From Entomortierella parvispora E1425 (taxonomy: Eukaryota; Fungi; Mortierellomycota): a stretch of 64,000 nucleotides of DNA. The position numbers and the translations under genes are program-made. The notes under the pieces are model-generated. The model worked only from the letters and a program-made list of their open reading frames with translations. It was not told the DNA's origin and made no database searches. The stretch lies in the NCBI GenBank assembly GCA_020891255.1, contig BQFW01000001.1:1-64000 (forward strand). Direction: 5' to 3'. Shown here piece after piece: positions 1 through 11,030 of this stretch. Numbering within the stretch: position 1 is the first letter of the stretch; the number at the start of each line of letters is the position of its first letter.

Positions 1-813
1 CACCTGAACAAATTCGCTTGTGGGCGCGCTGTTCGGAATGCAACAACATTTTTCATCAAACCCATGTTGTCGATTGCGGCTGGCAAGAAAAGCTCCTTGA
101 TCGTGCCCCTCCGAAAGTTGTTGCCACCTTCTTGGCTCTGCCCCCGCTTGCAAACAAGTGTCGTCCCAACTTCGTCGACTTCCTCCTCAAGGAGAGCACC
201 TTGCCTCCTTGGCCGAGGCATTTGGCTGGTTGGAATTCTGGATGCGTCCTCGGGAAAACTACGATGTATAGTCTTGGATGTTGTCTGTCAGTCAGTCAGT
301 CTTTTTTTTTTTTTGTTCGTGCTCCTCGCGCCAGAAAAAAAATAAAATAAAAATTGACTAATTGCTGCCACCCTGCTCAGATCGTTGCTGCCCCATGTCT
401 TCTCCTAGTAAGTGTTGATCATTACGAAAGAAGATATCTCATTCTAACGACCTCCATGGTCTTTATTGTCCATATTGTCCAGCAATTAGTCCATCCAGTT
501 GATGACATCTGCTCCTTTTGCCCGTGTCCTCACACTTCTCGTATTCGCTCCTTGGTAAGCATCTGCTCTTCACGCCTACAATACCCCTTTCAATGGAAGA
601 GATAGAAAGAAAGAGCAATCGTTCTAACCATTTCAACTGCTTTGTCCATAGAGTTAAGAATGTCAATGGTATATATCTCCTCGGTCCTTTGAATCCTTGC
701 TGTCAATTCAAGCGGCTGTCTCCTTTTCGCCTACTCTGCTCCCTGCTTCCGTGGCGGCGCCTTGCGGCCTTGACATGATCTGAACTGACAGGGGTTCTGG
801 GGTCGAGACTGGG

Positions 814-844
<31 letters not shown>

Positions 845-3800
845 GCTCCCAAAAAAAACATTCAGCTCTCAAGCTGCAGATGGCGGCTGTTCCTGCCCGG
901 TTGTTATATCTGCTCTAGTTTCAGTAAGTGCAGCCTACAATTCATACATTCGATGTTCCCTACTGAGGAAGATAAACGGAGAAAGTATTTCAACTGACGG
1001 CTTTAGTTGATTTTATATCCTACGTAGTCTGACCCAGCGTCTGGTCTTCGGTCCTCCATTCAGGTGAGATGTTTCCATTCTTCCGCCTCTTCCTTGCAGA
1101 CCGTTGCCACATTGTCATTGTGATTGCTCCTACCATGTCAAAGGCGCCCTTTTCTGGTCTTCTCTCCGGACTTCCATCCTGGCCAATTGGTCTTTTTCAG
1201 CCCACTCATACCTGCTTACTCCTCTTGTAGCGGCAACTTGCGGTCTTGACTCAACTTTACGGTTTCCTGGGAGTAGACGTCGTAATTTCATCATGGCATG
1301 GACCACAGGAGCTTTGTTACATGGTTTGGACACATCCTTTCTGTCTTGCTTCCATGTCTATTCCCTGCGGTGAGTGAAGTTGGCTTGTATGGAAGAGAGA
1401 TAAAGAAAACTTATTCTAACGCCCCCTCTTGTTTCATCGTCCATGTAGTCGGGCATGTTGACAGCGTCTGCTCGCCTCGGCTCTAGCCAGTTCCATGTTC
1501 CTTGCGATCATTGCCCTAAGTTTTTGACTGACCGGAACTCTGGATCGGGCGCTGGTTCTTTGATGGCGAGGTCCGTCTCCGCTCAAAAAAGAAAGGAGGG
1601 GCAGCCGTCACAGTTCTGTTGTCCCATGTCTGGTCCGGTCCATGTCTTCCGCTGAATCGTTGAATACCAACTTTATGCTGGCCAGAAATCCCTCCTGCCC
1701 CTGTCGGGTCGGGGCACCAAGGGGATAGAAACCACATTCACGATTCGCATGCGTGAGTCCTGGATCTGGGTTAAGGTCTGCCCTCGTTGTCGTCTATGGC
1801 TGCTTCCTGGAGTCCTTCAGTCGAAATGCCTATCGTTGCCTGTCGACTCCATGCTGGCTCTTTCAATCAAGCTGTTGCATGTGATAAATTACATGTCATC
1901 TCCAAGCCGCTCTTTCGATGAGGTTGATCTGCCCACCTTTGAAGAACCTCTCCTACTACCTCCGAGGACTGGGTGTTCAAAGGCTGAACCCAAAGCCCGC
2001 CCATATGGGTCTTGAGTTTTTGGCATGAAAGACTGGCATTGTTCCTGCTGCTCCGCGGTCTCGACTCAAGTTTCTGGTTTTCTGAAGCGCTGGGAGCTAC
2101 ATCTTGGGTCTGTTTCGTGAACCATATTCGCAAAAAGAAACAAACTGGCTGTATCCTGCCGTTCCTACCGTTCCTGCAGTCCTGGAAGTTGCATCCGTTC
2201 GTATGGTAAGTTTTTTGGGGCGTGTCGTTGAAAAGAGACAAAGACGGATGGGCAGCTCCAACGAGGACGAGAATCGAGTACGAGATGGTTGACGCACGTG
2301 ATGTGCCTTTTTTTCGTTTTTTTTTTTTTTTTTTTTTGTCCGCAGCCAAGCATGTTCAGGAAGACAGGGTATCCTCAGCCTCAGACCTCACAGCACTGGT
2401 CTAGTCGACAGGAGTTCGGAGGAGGGGTCCTTGATTGTGTGGTTCGTTGCCCGCTTAGAAAAAAAGAGTTCCTGGCCTGCTTTGTTGCAAATCCCACTTG
2501 TTCAATCCGCTTCTATGGTAAGTGTTGTTCCTCACGCGTTTGAAAGCCTCTCGTGCAAAAGACAAATGGAGGGACAATCGTTCTAACCCTTCCCATGTTG
2601 TCGATATAATCAGGCAGGCTACTTATCTTTGTTCACACCGCCGTTTTATTCGCTCCTTTGGTAAGTGTCTGCCACGCCTGTGATACTGTGATATCCCTTT
2701 CGAGGGATAGAAAAAAAAAAAGCAATCGTTCTAACGACTTTAGCTGATTTTATTGTCGATATAGTCAAGAGCGTCAACGGTATCCATTCTCCTCGATCCT
2801 TGAGCTCCTTGCCGTCAATCCAAGTGGGCTGATTCTTTTTCGCCTACTACGATTCCTGCTTTAGAGACGGCGCCTAGTGGCTTTTGCATGAGTCCTAGAC
2901 AAACTCGCACACTTGACTAGGTGTGGTCTGATTCCACGCAAAATAGCAAGAGGAGAGGGCCGTTGCTGGGTCGTCGTCGATAAGTTCGTTCCAGTATTCC
3001 TTGGGGTCGAGCCGTTGAATATTGCCTCCGTGATGATTTCTCAGTCAAGTTTATCACCCTCATCGATACCAAGGCGATGAAGGGTGAATCCATCACCAAT
3101 CGGTACTCAAGAATCCTGGATCTCCGTTGAGAATTGCTACCGTTGTCGCCTGTGGCCGCTTCCTGGAGTCTTTCGGTCGAACTGATGCCTGTCGTTACCT
3201 GTCAACCACATGTTGGCCCACTCAGTCACATTGTTGCCTGTCGCTGCCTGTCAACTCCATGCTGGTCTGCTTAGTCAAGTTGTTGCCAGGCGTTGCTTGT
3301 CGACTCCTGCCTGGTCTATTCAGTCAAGTTGCTGCATGTGACATACATGTCATCATCATGCTGTCCATCCAGCCAAGCTGGATTGCCCTCCTTTGACCCT
3401 CCGCTCCTGCTCCTTCCGAGGACCGGATGTCAGAAGGATGAGCCCATAACCTGCACCTGTGGGTCTTGAGGTTTTGCATGAAAACCTGCGTTGTCCTGCT
3501 TCTGCACGGTCTCGATTCAAGTTTCTGGTTTTCTAAAACGCCGGAGCCATGCCTCGAGTCTAGTACTTTTTGTTGCATGGGTCCACATTCGCACAGAAGA
3601 CATAGACTGGTTGCACCCTGCTGTCCTTGCTGTCCTGGATGTTGCATCCGTTCGTACGGTAAGTTTGAGAAGAGTATCTTTTGAAGAACGGGGAAAGAGT
3701 GATTTCTCAGAGCCGCAAAGGCAAAATGAAAGAAAAATTGCGACAAGCCACGGACAGCGGAAAGGGAAAAAAAAGAAATGCATTCTAACGTGGTCTCTTC

Positions 3801-4060
3801 TTGCTGTTGCCAACCTAGCCAAGCATGTTCAGGCCAGCATGTCTCTTTTGGCTTGCGGACAAGGGTTTCCGTTTCCTTCTCCAGTGACCTTGACCTAGGT
3901 TCTGACTCGACTGAAGTTTCGAATCAGGTCGAGGTCGGGGGGTTTTTTCTGGTTGTGTGGTCCGTCTGACGCTTTGCAAAATGAAACGACTTTCTGCACT
4001 GCCCGCTCCTCTGGTAAGCAAGGCGACTCTTCACGCGTCTGAAATCCCTCCCAAGGAAAG

Positions 4061-4093
<33 letters not shown>

Positions 4094-4112
4094 GAGAGAG
4101 AGAGAGAGAGAG
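4061..4112 (+). repeat. (GA)n microsatellite
   Basis: Direct inspection of the sequence. Confidence 0.9.
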
Positions 4113-4189
4113 GAGGAAGAGAAAAAAGAAACGCTCATTCTGACGTTCTCTTCGTTTTATTGTCTACGCAGTTAGGAAGTCAACAGCGT

Positions 4190-4385
4190 CCTCTTCCTGG
4201 TCCTGGTCCTCTTCCTGGTCCTGGCCCTCTTCCTGGTCCTGGTCCTCTTCCTGTCCTCTTCCTGGTCCTGGCCTCTTCCTGGTCCTGGCCTCTTCCTGGT
4301 CCTGGCCTCTTCCTGGTCCTGGCCTCTTCCTGGTCCTGGCCTCTTCCTGGTCCTGGCCCTCTTCCTGGTCCTGGTCCTCCTCTTG
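4190..4385 (+). repeat. 18-bp minisatellite (cctggtcctggccctctt-like), ~10 copies
   Basis: Direct tandem repeat with single-base variants. Confidence 0.95.
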
Positions 4386-5002
4386 GCTCATTATTCTGGC
4401 CAAACCCTCTATGGCCGGATCTAGCAATCGAAGGACTTTTCTGTCCGCTTCTGCCATGCCGTTCTGTCAGGCTGTGTCTGCCTCCGACCTGCTGCGGCCC
4501 TGATTTTTTTTTTTGGTTGCGGAGCCAAAAAAAAAAAAAGCTTCACCCCAGGCGTGTCGTTCTGTCCGCTCCTGCAGTAGGTGTTGCTCCTCAAGCGCTT
4601 GATGTTCCTTCTTGGAAAAAGAATCCATGCTGATGTCCTCTTGGTTTTTGTCCATATAGACCTAGCGCCTGCCCGCGCTTGCTTCAGTGGTATTTTGGTT
4701 GGGCCCCTTGCTTCCTTTGGTCCTTCAGTCGAGCAGATCTCCTCTGGTGGGTCTCCCCAGATTGTCCATTGTGGGCCTTGGGTCTTTGGGTCTGTCTGGT
4801 CCAGTTGTCGCTAGGGGCGCTCTCTGTGCTCCATCATTCAAGCCCATCGCCTGTCACCAATCTCCTTAGCCAGAGGGCACTTGCCCATCTCCCCACATGT
4901 GGGGGATGGAGGCTGAGACTATGTGAGCTGGGACTAGGGCACCAGGACCGACTCTGTTGGCTTTTGCCCTGTGGCTACTTCCTGGAGTCTTTCGGTCGAA
5001 CC

Positions 5003-5290
5003 GTTGCCTGTCTTGCCTGTCGACTCCATGCCTGGCCCATTCAGTCAAGTTGCTGCCTGTCGACTCCATGCCTGGCCCATTCAGTCAAGTTGCTGCCTGT
5101 CGTTGCCTGTCGACTCCATGCCTGGCCAATTCAGTCAAGTTGCTGCCTGTCGTTGCCTGTCAACTCCATGCTTGGCCCACTCAGTCAAGTTGCTGCCTGT
5201 CGTTGCCTGTCAACTCCATGCTTGGCCCACTCAGTCAAGTTGCTGCCTGTCGTTGCCTGTCGTTGCCTGCCGACTCAATGCCTGTTGCAT
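5003..5290 (+). repeat. 40/50-bp minisatellite (gttgcctgtc-[ga]actccatgc[ct]tggccca[ct]tcagtcaagttgctgcctgtc), 5-6 copies
   Basis: Head-to-tail units with no unique spacers. Degenerate relatives lie at ~1820-1880 and ~3190-3330. Confidence 0.95.
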
Positions 5291-5687
5291 GTGACATTAC
5301 ATGCCATCATGAAGTTTCTGATTTCTGAAACGCCGGAGCCATACACCTCGAGTCTAGTACTTTTTGTTGCATGGGTCCACATTCGCACAGAAGACATAGA
5401 CTGGTTGCACCCTGCTGTCCTTGCTGTCCTGGATGTTGCATCCGTTCGTACGGTAAGTTTGAGAAGAGTATCTTTTGAAGAACGGGGAAAGAGTGATTTC
5501 TCAGAGCCGCAAAGGCAAAAAGAAAAGAAAAAGTGCTGCGAAAAGTCACGGACAGCGGAAAGGGAAAAAAAAACGAAATGCATTCTAACGTGGTCTCTTC
5601 TTGCTGTTGCCAACCTAGCCAGTGACCTTGACCTTGGTTCTGAGTCGACTGAAGTTTCGGATCAGGTCGAGGTCGGGGGTTTTCTTC

Positions 5688-6030
5688 TTGGTCCTGGCCC
5701 TCTTCCTGGTCCTGGCCCTCTTCCTGGTCCTGGCCCTCTTCCTGGTCCTGGCCCTCTTCCTGGTCCTGGCCCTCTTCCTGGTCCTGGCCCTCTTCCTGGT
5801 CCTGGCCCTCTTCCTGGTCCTGGCCCTCTTCCTAGTCCTGGCCCTCTTCCTGGTCCTGGCCCTCTTCCTAGTCCTGGCCCTCTTCTTGGTCCTGGCCCTC
5901 TTCCTGGTCCTGGCCCTCTTCCTGGTCCTGGCCCTCTTCCTGGTCCTGGCCCTCTTCTTGGTCCTGGCCCTCTTCCTAGTCCTGGCCCTCTTCTTGGTCC
6001 TGGCTCTTCCTAGCCCTGGTCCTCCTCTTG
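5688..6030 (+). repeat. 18-bp minisatellite (cctggtcctggccctctt), ~18 copies
   Basis: Direct tandem repeat with the same unit as 4190-4385. Confidence 0.97.
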
Positions 6031-6439
6031 GCTCATTATTCTTGGCCAAACCCTCCTGACTGGATCTGACAATGGACGGACTTTTCGCTTCCCTGCATAG
6101 TTGCTATTCACTTCTGTCCTGCGGGCTTGATCTTTTTTTTTTTTTTTGGCGGAAACAAAAAAAAAGCTTCACTCCAGCGTGTTGTTCTGTCCACTTCTGC
6201 AGTAGGTGTTGCTTCTCAAGCGCTTGGTGTTGCTCTCTTCTTGGAAAAAGAATCCATGCTGATGTCCTTTTTGTTTTCTTGTTCACATAGACCACAGCCA
6301 GCCGGGCTTCTCGCTTCAGTGGTCTTTTGGTTGGGCCTTCTCTCCCTTTGGAGACTGAGCTAGGAGGTCGATCTTGGTCTTTGCCTCTATTTGCTCTAGT
6401 TGTCACTGGTTGGCGCTCCATTCAATTATGACCATCATG

Positions 6440-7300
6440 TCACTGCATGTCGATTCCCTGTGGCCAAGTTGTTGATCTCGGCGCGGATCTTCCCCCCTGG
6501 CCGGCCCCCACCCACTCCCCCCGAGGGACTGGGGGCCAGGGGGGTTTCTCCCACTTGCCCATCCCTTTTGTGTGAGGGATGGGAGTTGGGATTGGGGGCT
6601 GATTCTGCAGCAGCAGCATCTATTGCTATTGCCCCAGATGTCACCGATGGACGCTTCCTGCGCGCCATCCACTCAAGCCCGTCGCATGTCGCTGCATGCT
6701 GATTCCCTTCAGCCAAGTTGTTGATCTCGGCGCGGATCCTCCCCCTCTGGCCGGCTCCTGCCCACTCCCCCCCGAGGGACTGGGGGCCAGGGGGTTTTCT
6801 CCCCACTTGCCCATCCCTTTTGTGTGAGGGATGGGAGTTGGGACTGGGAGCTGATTCTGCTGCAGCAGCCTCTATTGCTGTTGCCCCAGATATCACCGAT
6901 GGACGCTTCCTGCGCGCCATCCACTCAAGCCCGTCGCATGTCGCTGCATGCTGATTCCCTTCGGTCAAGTTGTTGATCTCGACGTGGATCTTCCCCCCTG
7001 GCCGGACTCGCCACCCCACTCCCTTCTGAGGGAATGGAGTCCAGGAGGGGGGTTCTCTTCTCTTCTCTCCCCACTTGCTCATCTTCCTCACCTGTGAGAA
7101 GATTTGGGGCTGACTCTGCTGCTGCTGCCCTCTGCCGCGGCTGCCCCAGATGCCACCGATGGACGCTCCCTGCGGTCCATCCTTCAAGCCCATTGCAGAC
7201 TGACTGCTCCAAGTTGGTCTGTTTTGCCCCCCCCTCTGGCCGGCTTCCTCCCACTTCCCCCGGGGACTGGGGGCCAGAGGAGGTTTTAGCAGCCCTATCC
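6440..7300. repeat. GC-rich ~250-bp tandem repeat, ~3.5 copies
   Basis: The unit anchor 'g(c/t)caagttgttgatctcg' is at 6463, 6712 and 6964, with a diverged fourth anchor at ~7208. Periods are 249, 252 and ~244 bp. Confidence 0.92.
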
Positions 7301-7995
7301 ATAGCCCACTCGTGAGCCGTGGCAATGGGGCTCGGGAGGCCACTCGCCATCAGCTATCCCATTAGCTTGCACTTGCAGCTTCTTCTTGCGCCTTTCTGCT
7401 CACCGTTGCCGTTCAAGACTCTGCCAGCTTGCGCATCCCAGCTCGCCCATGCGAGCGCGCAAGCAAGGACTCCCCATTCCCCGCTCACCCCTACTTGGGG
7501 TGACATGGGCGGGGGCTTTCCTCCCATGCAGGCAGACAAGACAAGACAAGGACACCCTACTTTCCCCACCTTGCACCCTAACTTGGGTGCCCTGGGCATG
7601 GCTCACCCCAATCTGGGGTGTCCCCAGCGTAGGGTCTCCCCATTGCAGGGTTTCCCCATTGTAGGGTTTCTTCACCCTAAAGTCCGTCCACCCAGTCTCC
7701 CCCCAGAGACCCCAACTTTCCCCTGACCCCCACTCAGGGGGTCATTTGGGTGTGACCAAGAGACCAAGAGTTGGAGAAATGCCCTCATGCATCTTGTCAG
7801 GGTCGTGGATGCATGCGATTGGTCCGATCGGGTTCCATCGATCACGCCATCGTCAGGGTGGATTGAGATGGAGTAAGATGGAGCAAGATGGAAAAGATGA
7901 AAGAGATGCCCAACCCAATTTGGACCTCTTTCTCTTCTCTCCATTCTCTCCATTCCTCCATTCCACCCCCCCCCACCAACAACAGCACTCCCACC

Positions 7996-8832
7996 ATGAA
8001 CCGCCACGCTGCCCCCCAGCACTCCCCAGTGAGCTTCAAGACAGTTGTCCAAACCCCCAAGAAGGTCACCATCGACGACTTTGTTGGCGAGAATGGCCTG
8101 GTTCCCTTAACACAGGCCCACAGCCACCTTAAGGGCTCCATGATGAGTCCTAGACCCATGAACCTCCGCCCCCGCCAGAGGCGGGCCTCCCCCACCCACA
8201 CCGTCTTCGGCGGGTCCGATGACGAGGGGCAGGGGAGCGAGGACTCAAGGAGGACAACCACCAAGATGACGACGCCGAGATAACGGACCCTCCCTCGGGA
8301 CAGGGAGGACGAGACGGGGCAAGGCCATCACGTTGCTGACACCACGTACGTGGCTGATGCGGACGATGAGGCTACCCAACCATTGCCGGCGCTCGAGCAA
8401 GAACAAGACCTGTTGGAGATGGTGCCACAGAGCCCGCTGGAGACAATGGGGGGTGGACTCCCCCCCCTGTCACAGGCAGCGACTGGCACTGTCGACCAGG
8501 CGCCCGTGGTTGACGTTCACCAACCACAAGACGCCCCAACCCCTATGCATCCGAGGCAATATACCCAGGCCCTGGAGACCTTCGTTCAGACTCTCCAAAG
8601 GCGCTTCGAGTATGTCGAAGCGCGCCTCAGGATACACGAGCAAGCCCAAGTAGGCGAACATTCGGCGATGCAAGGCTTGGATGACCTGGAGGACCAGTTC
8701 ATGGATTTGAGTGATCAGATCTCTCATCACCTCTTCCGCCTCAGGCCACAGGCCCATCCCAAGCCCAAGCGTGCCCACTCCCGCCCCAAACCATACCACT
8801 CCCGCCCCGCCTCCAGGCGTGGCCCCAGATAG
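7996..8832 (+). pseudogene. Disrupted intronless ORF of unknown function (acidic/low-complexity, C-terminal coiled-coil-like and basic tail)
   Basis: ATG at 7996 (ccaccATG) after a CT-rich leader. The frame is interrupted only by TAA at 8281-8283, and ORF 8350..8832 is the same frame. An ATTAAA follows at ~8874. Confidence 0.45.
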
Positions 8833-8885
8833 CCCCGTAAACCATCAAGCATTGAGCCGACTGGCATACCCCATTAAAGAATTAA

Positions 8886-8940
8886 AACCTAAAAAACCCT
8901 AAACCCAAACCTTAATTTTTAGGGTTTATTCGCCCTAAAC
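8886..8940. repeat. Interstitial telomere-like (aaaccct/tttaggg) cluster forming a 10-bp hairpin
   Basis: aaaccctaaa (8894-8903) and tttagggttt (8918-8927) are exact reverse complements. Further acct/ccctaaa variants lie nearby. Confidence 0.6.
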
Positions 8941-9057
8941 TCGCGTATTTGTACAGTTTAACGACATCCTGGAGCGTCTGTGCATCGTTTGCGCCATTTG
9001 GATCGACCGTAAGATACGTTTTTTGTTATTTCCTAAAAAGGAAATGTGTAGATGTTT

Positions 9058-9141
9058 GGTGGCTTAGACTTCCTGGACTATTAGGTGTTCCTTTTGTTTA
9101 CTTTTGCTCCCGGGTTCGAATCCGGCTTTGGCCTTGCTTTT
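9058..9141 (+). other. tRNA-derived relic or Pol III type-2 promoter (A box + B box)
   Basis: TGGCTTAG (9060-9067, A-box-like) and GGTTCGAATCC (9113-9123, consensus B box), then TTTT at ~9138. No acceptor stem or cloverleaf can be formed. Confidence 0.4.
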
Positions 9142-10229
9142 CTGAAGATATAAAAACAAGGTGTTTTTTTTCCTTCGTAGAGACATAAGATATGGTGTAT
9201 TAGATAGCTCCCCTCATAAGTATTCTACCCGGCCAAAAACATCGTCAATCCATAAGGTGGATCTTGAGCAATTGCATTTTTTAATCTCGTTTTTTTTGAA
9301 ATTCGAAAGCTCATTTCTCGATATCTACGTTGATGACCAAGGTGATTTTTATATGGGGAGGTGCCTATTCATCAGAGGTCAATATTCATGAAGAAAAACT
9401 GGCGAGTGACAAGGAGGTTGATGTGTAATTGCTGTTCTTAGAGTTCGTTTTTTTTTGAAAAAAAAAATTCTCTCTTAAGATGGAGGAGTGAAGTGGTGAC
9501 AGGAGCCGAGAGCTAGCCACTTACGACACTTCGTAGCTGCATTTCACAAAGAAACGCGACATGAGAACGGAAAAGAGCAAAGTCTGCAGTTTGGGGTGAG
9601 AGAACGACTGTTAGGCGCTTAAAAGGACAATCCACTAGCAACAGGAGACCGAGTGTGAACCGTACACATGCTTTCTCTCTGTAGACTTCAGCGATGACCT
9701 TGTAGCTCTCTCAAACAGTTTTGACTCTCCTCATTGTGCATGTAGACAAGAACATCAGCTCGTGCAGTTGTCAGGTAGTTTTTTTTATAAAAGTTGTACA
9801 CGCTAGACAAAAGTAGGAACAAGATGGCAGAGACGAGGGCGCAAAACACATGAGACTGCGGTGACTTTGCCCTGGAACCGTCTCGTTCTTCGCTACTGCA
9901 TGCTCTGCCTGAGGGCCAGAGAAATCTAGCAGTTGAGGGTAGAGATGACTTACGTGAAAAGTGCGCGCCCTTGAATTAAGGACTTCATGTTTCCTGCATG
10001 CCTCCCGTTTGTCGCATGTCCACTCTGGTTCATGCCTAGAATGAATGAGCTTTCTCCGTATGATTAGATGTAAAAGAAGTTGTGGTTGACGACAAAGGGA
10101 AGGAGTAGCGAGCAACGCGTGAGAAAGGAAGGAGAAAGCGCGAGGAAACGCCCAAGCTTGCAACACGAAGAGAAGAAGAGAGCGAAATCAAAGACAGGGG
10201 CACAAAAGACCCGCTGTTGTTTGATGCAA

Positions 10230-11030
10230 GAGTCGAGTTGGATGCAATAGTCGAGTTGGATGCATTGGGTCAGTTGAGATGGCGGCTGCAAAAGGTGGAA
10301 GATGTGAGTTCGATTTATGAGAGGAGAAGGATGCACGAGATGAGATGCAACTGAGAAGAGAGATGCAACAGAGAAGAGAGATGCAACATGGAAGAGAGAG
10401 ATGCAACAGAGAAGAGAGATGCAACAGAGAAGAGAGATGCAAGAGAGGAGAAAGATCCAAAAAAGAAGACGGATGCAAGACACGGGAGGACAGGGTAAGG
10501 ATGCGAGAGTCGAGGAGAAAGGAAGGACGCAGGAATCGAGACGAGAGAGACGAGAGAGACGAGAGGAAAGGGATGCAAAAAACGAGACAAGAGAGAGAGG
10601 GATGCAGGAGACAAGAGAGAGGGATGCAAGAATTGTGGAATGCAGGAGACGAGAAGGTCGAAGGATGCAAGAGACAAGATGAATGCAAGAGACAAGATGA
10701 ATGCAAGAGACAAGATGAATGTAAGAGACGAGATGGATGCAAGAGGCCATGTGGATGCAAGAGGCCATGTGGATGCAAGAGGCCATGTGGATGCAAGAGG
10801 CCATGTGGATGCAAGAGGCCATGTGGATGCAAGGGACGAGATGGATGCAAGGGACGGGATGAATGCAAGGGACGAGATGAATGCAAGGGACGAGATGAAT
10901 GCAAGGGACGAGATGAATGCAAGAGACGGGATGAATGCAAGGGACGAGATGAATGCAAGAGACGAGATGAATGCAAGAGACGAGATGAATGCAAGAGACG
11001 AGATGGATGCAAGGAGGATGGGTTGAGAGA
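10230..11030. repeat. Composite minisatellite built on a 'gatgcaa(g/c)' core (18-19-bp units)
   Basis: Units include gagatgcaacagagaagag, gacaagatgaatgcaaga, ggccatgtggatgcaaga (x5) and gagatgaatgcaag(g/a)gac. A related short array is at ~22680-22760. Confidence 0.95.

Larger units (their letters stand above)
3537..5690 (+). repeat. Near-identical recent duplication (3537-3950 vs 5329-5690)
   Basis: 'aacgccggagccat..gtctagtactttttgttgcatggg..gccaacctagcc' is almost identical in both copies. The second copy lacks the segment matching ~3821-3883 and then runs directly into the 18-mer array. Confidence 0.9.
1..6430 (+). pseudogene. Tandem array of decayed multi-intron gene-like units (family A)
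   Basis: Homologous blocks recur with splice signals at matching positions. 'gttgcatccgttcgta(t/c)g|gtaagt' occurs at ~2186, ~3642 and ~5436. The 'gagggatag..agcaatcgttctaac' intron/exon block occurs at ~595, ~2567 and ~2702. 'GLDSSFWFS'-like coding text occurs at ~1240, ~2055 and ~3505. Reading frames are broken by stops and indels. Confidence 0.6.

Noticed and set aside
5003-5290. CRISPR-like appearance of the 40/50-bp array
   Set aside because: The units are head-to-tail with no unique spacers, there are no cas genes, and the context is eukaryotic.
4679-6059. Long ORFs 4679..6013 (+), 5615..6049 (-) and 5622..6059 (+) with PGPGPL / RKRART / FLVLAL repeats
   Set aside because: They are by-products of stop-free 18-bp and 50-bp minisatellites that are open in several frames on both strands.
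6435-7343. 302-aa minus-strand ORF across the 250-bp repeat
   Set aside because: The reading frame shifts within and between units, so the peptide is not conserved from copy to copy. GC-rich DNA explains the lack of stops.
7573-7590. accctaac as a telomerase RNA template
   Set aside because: It is too short, is sequestered in a hairpin stem-loop, and has no recognisable pseudoknot or other TER elements.
9053-9135. Functional tRNA gene
   Set aside because: The acceptor, D and T stems do not pair. It is kept only as an A/B-box relic.
9161-9391. 76-aa ORF in an AT-rich stretch
   Set aside because: There is no ATG at the called start, no recognisable motif and no splice support.
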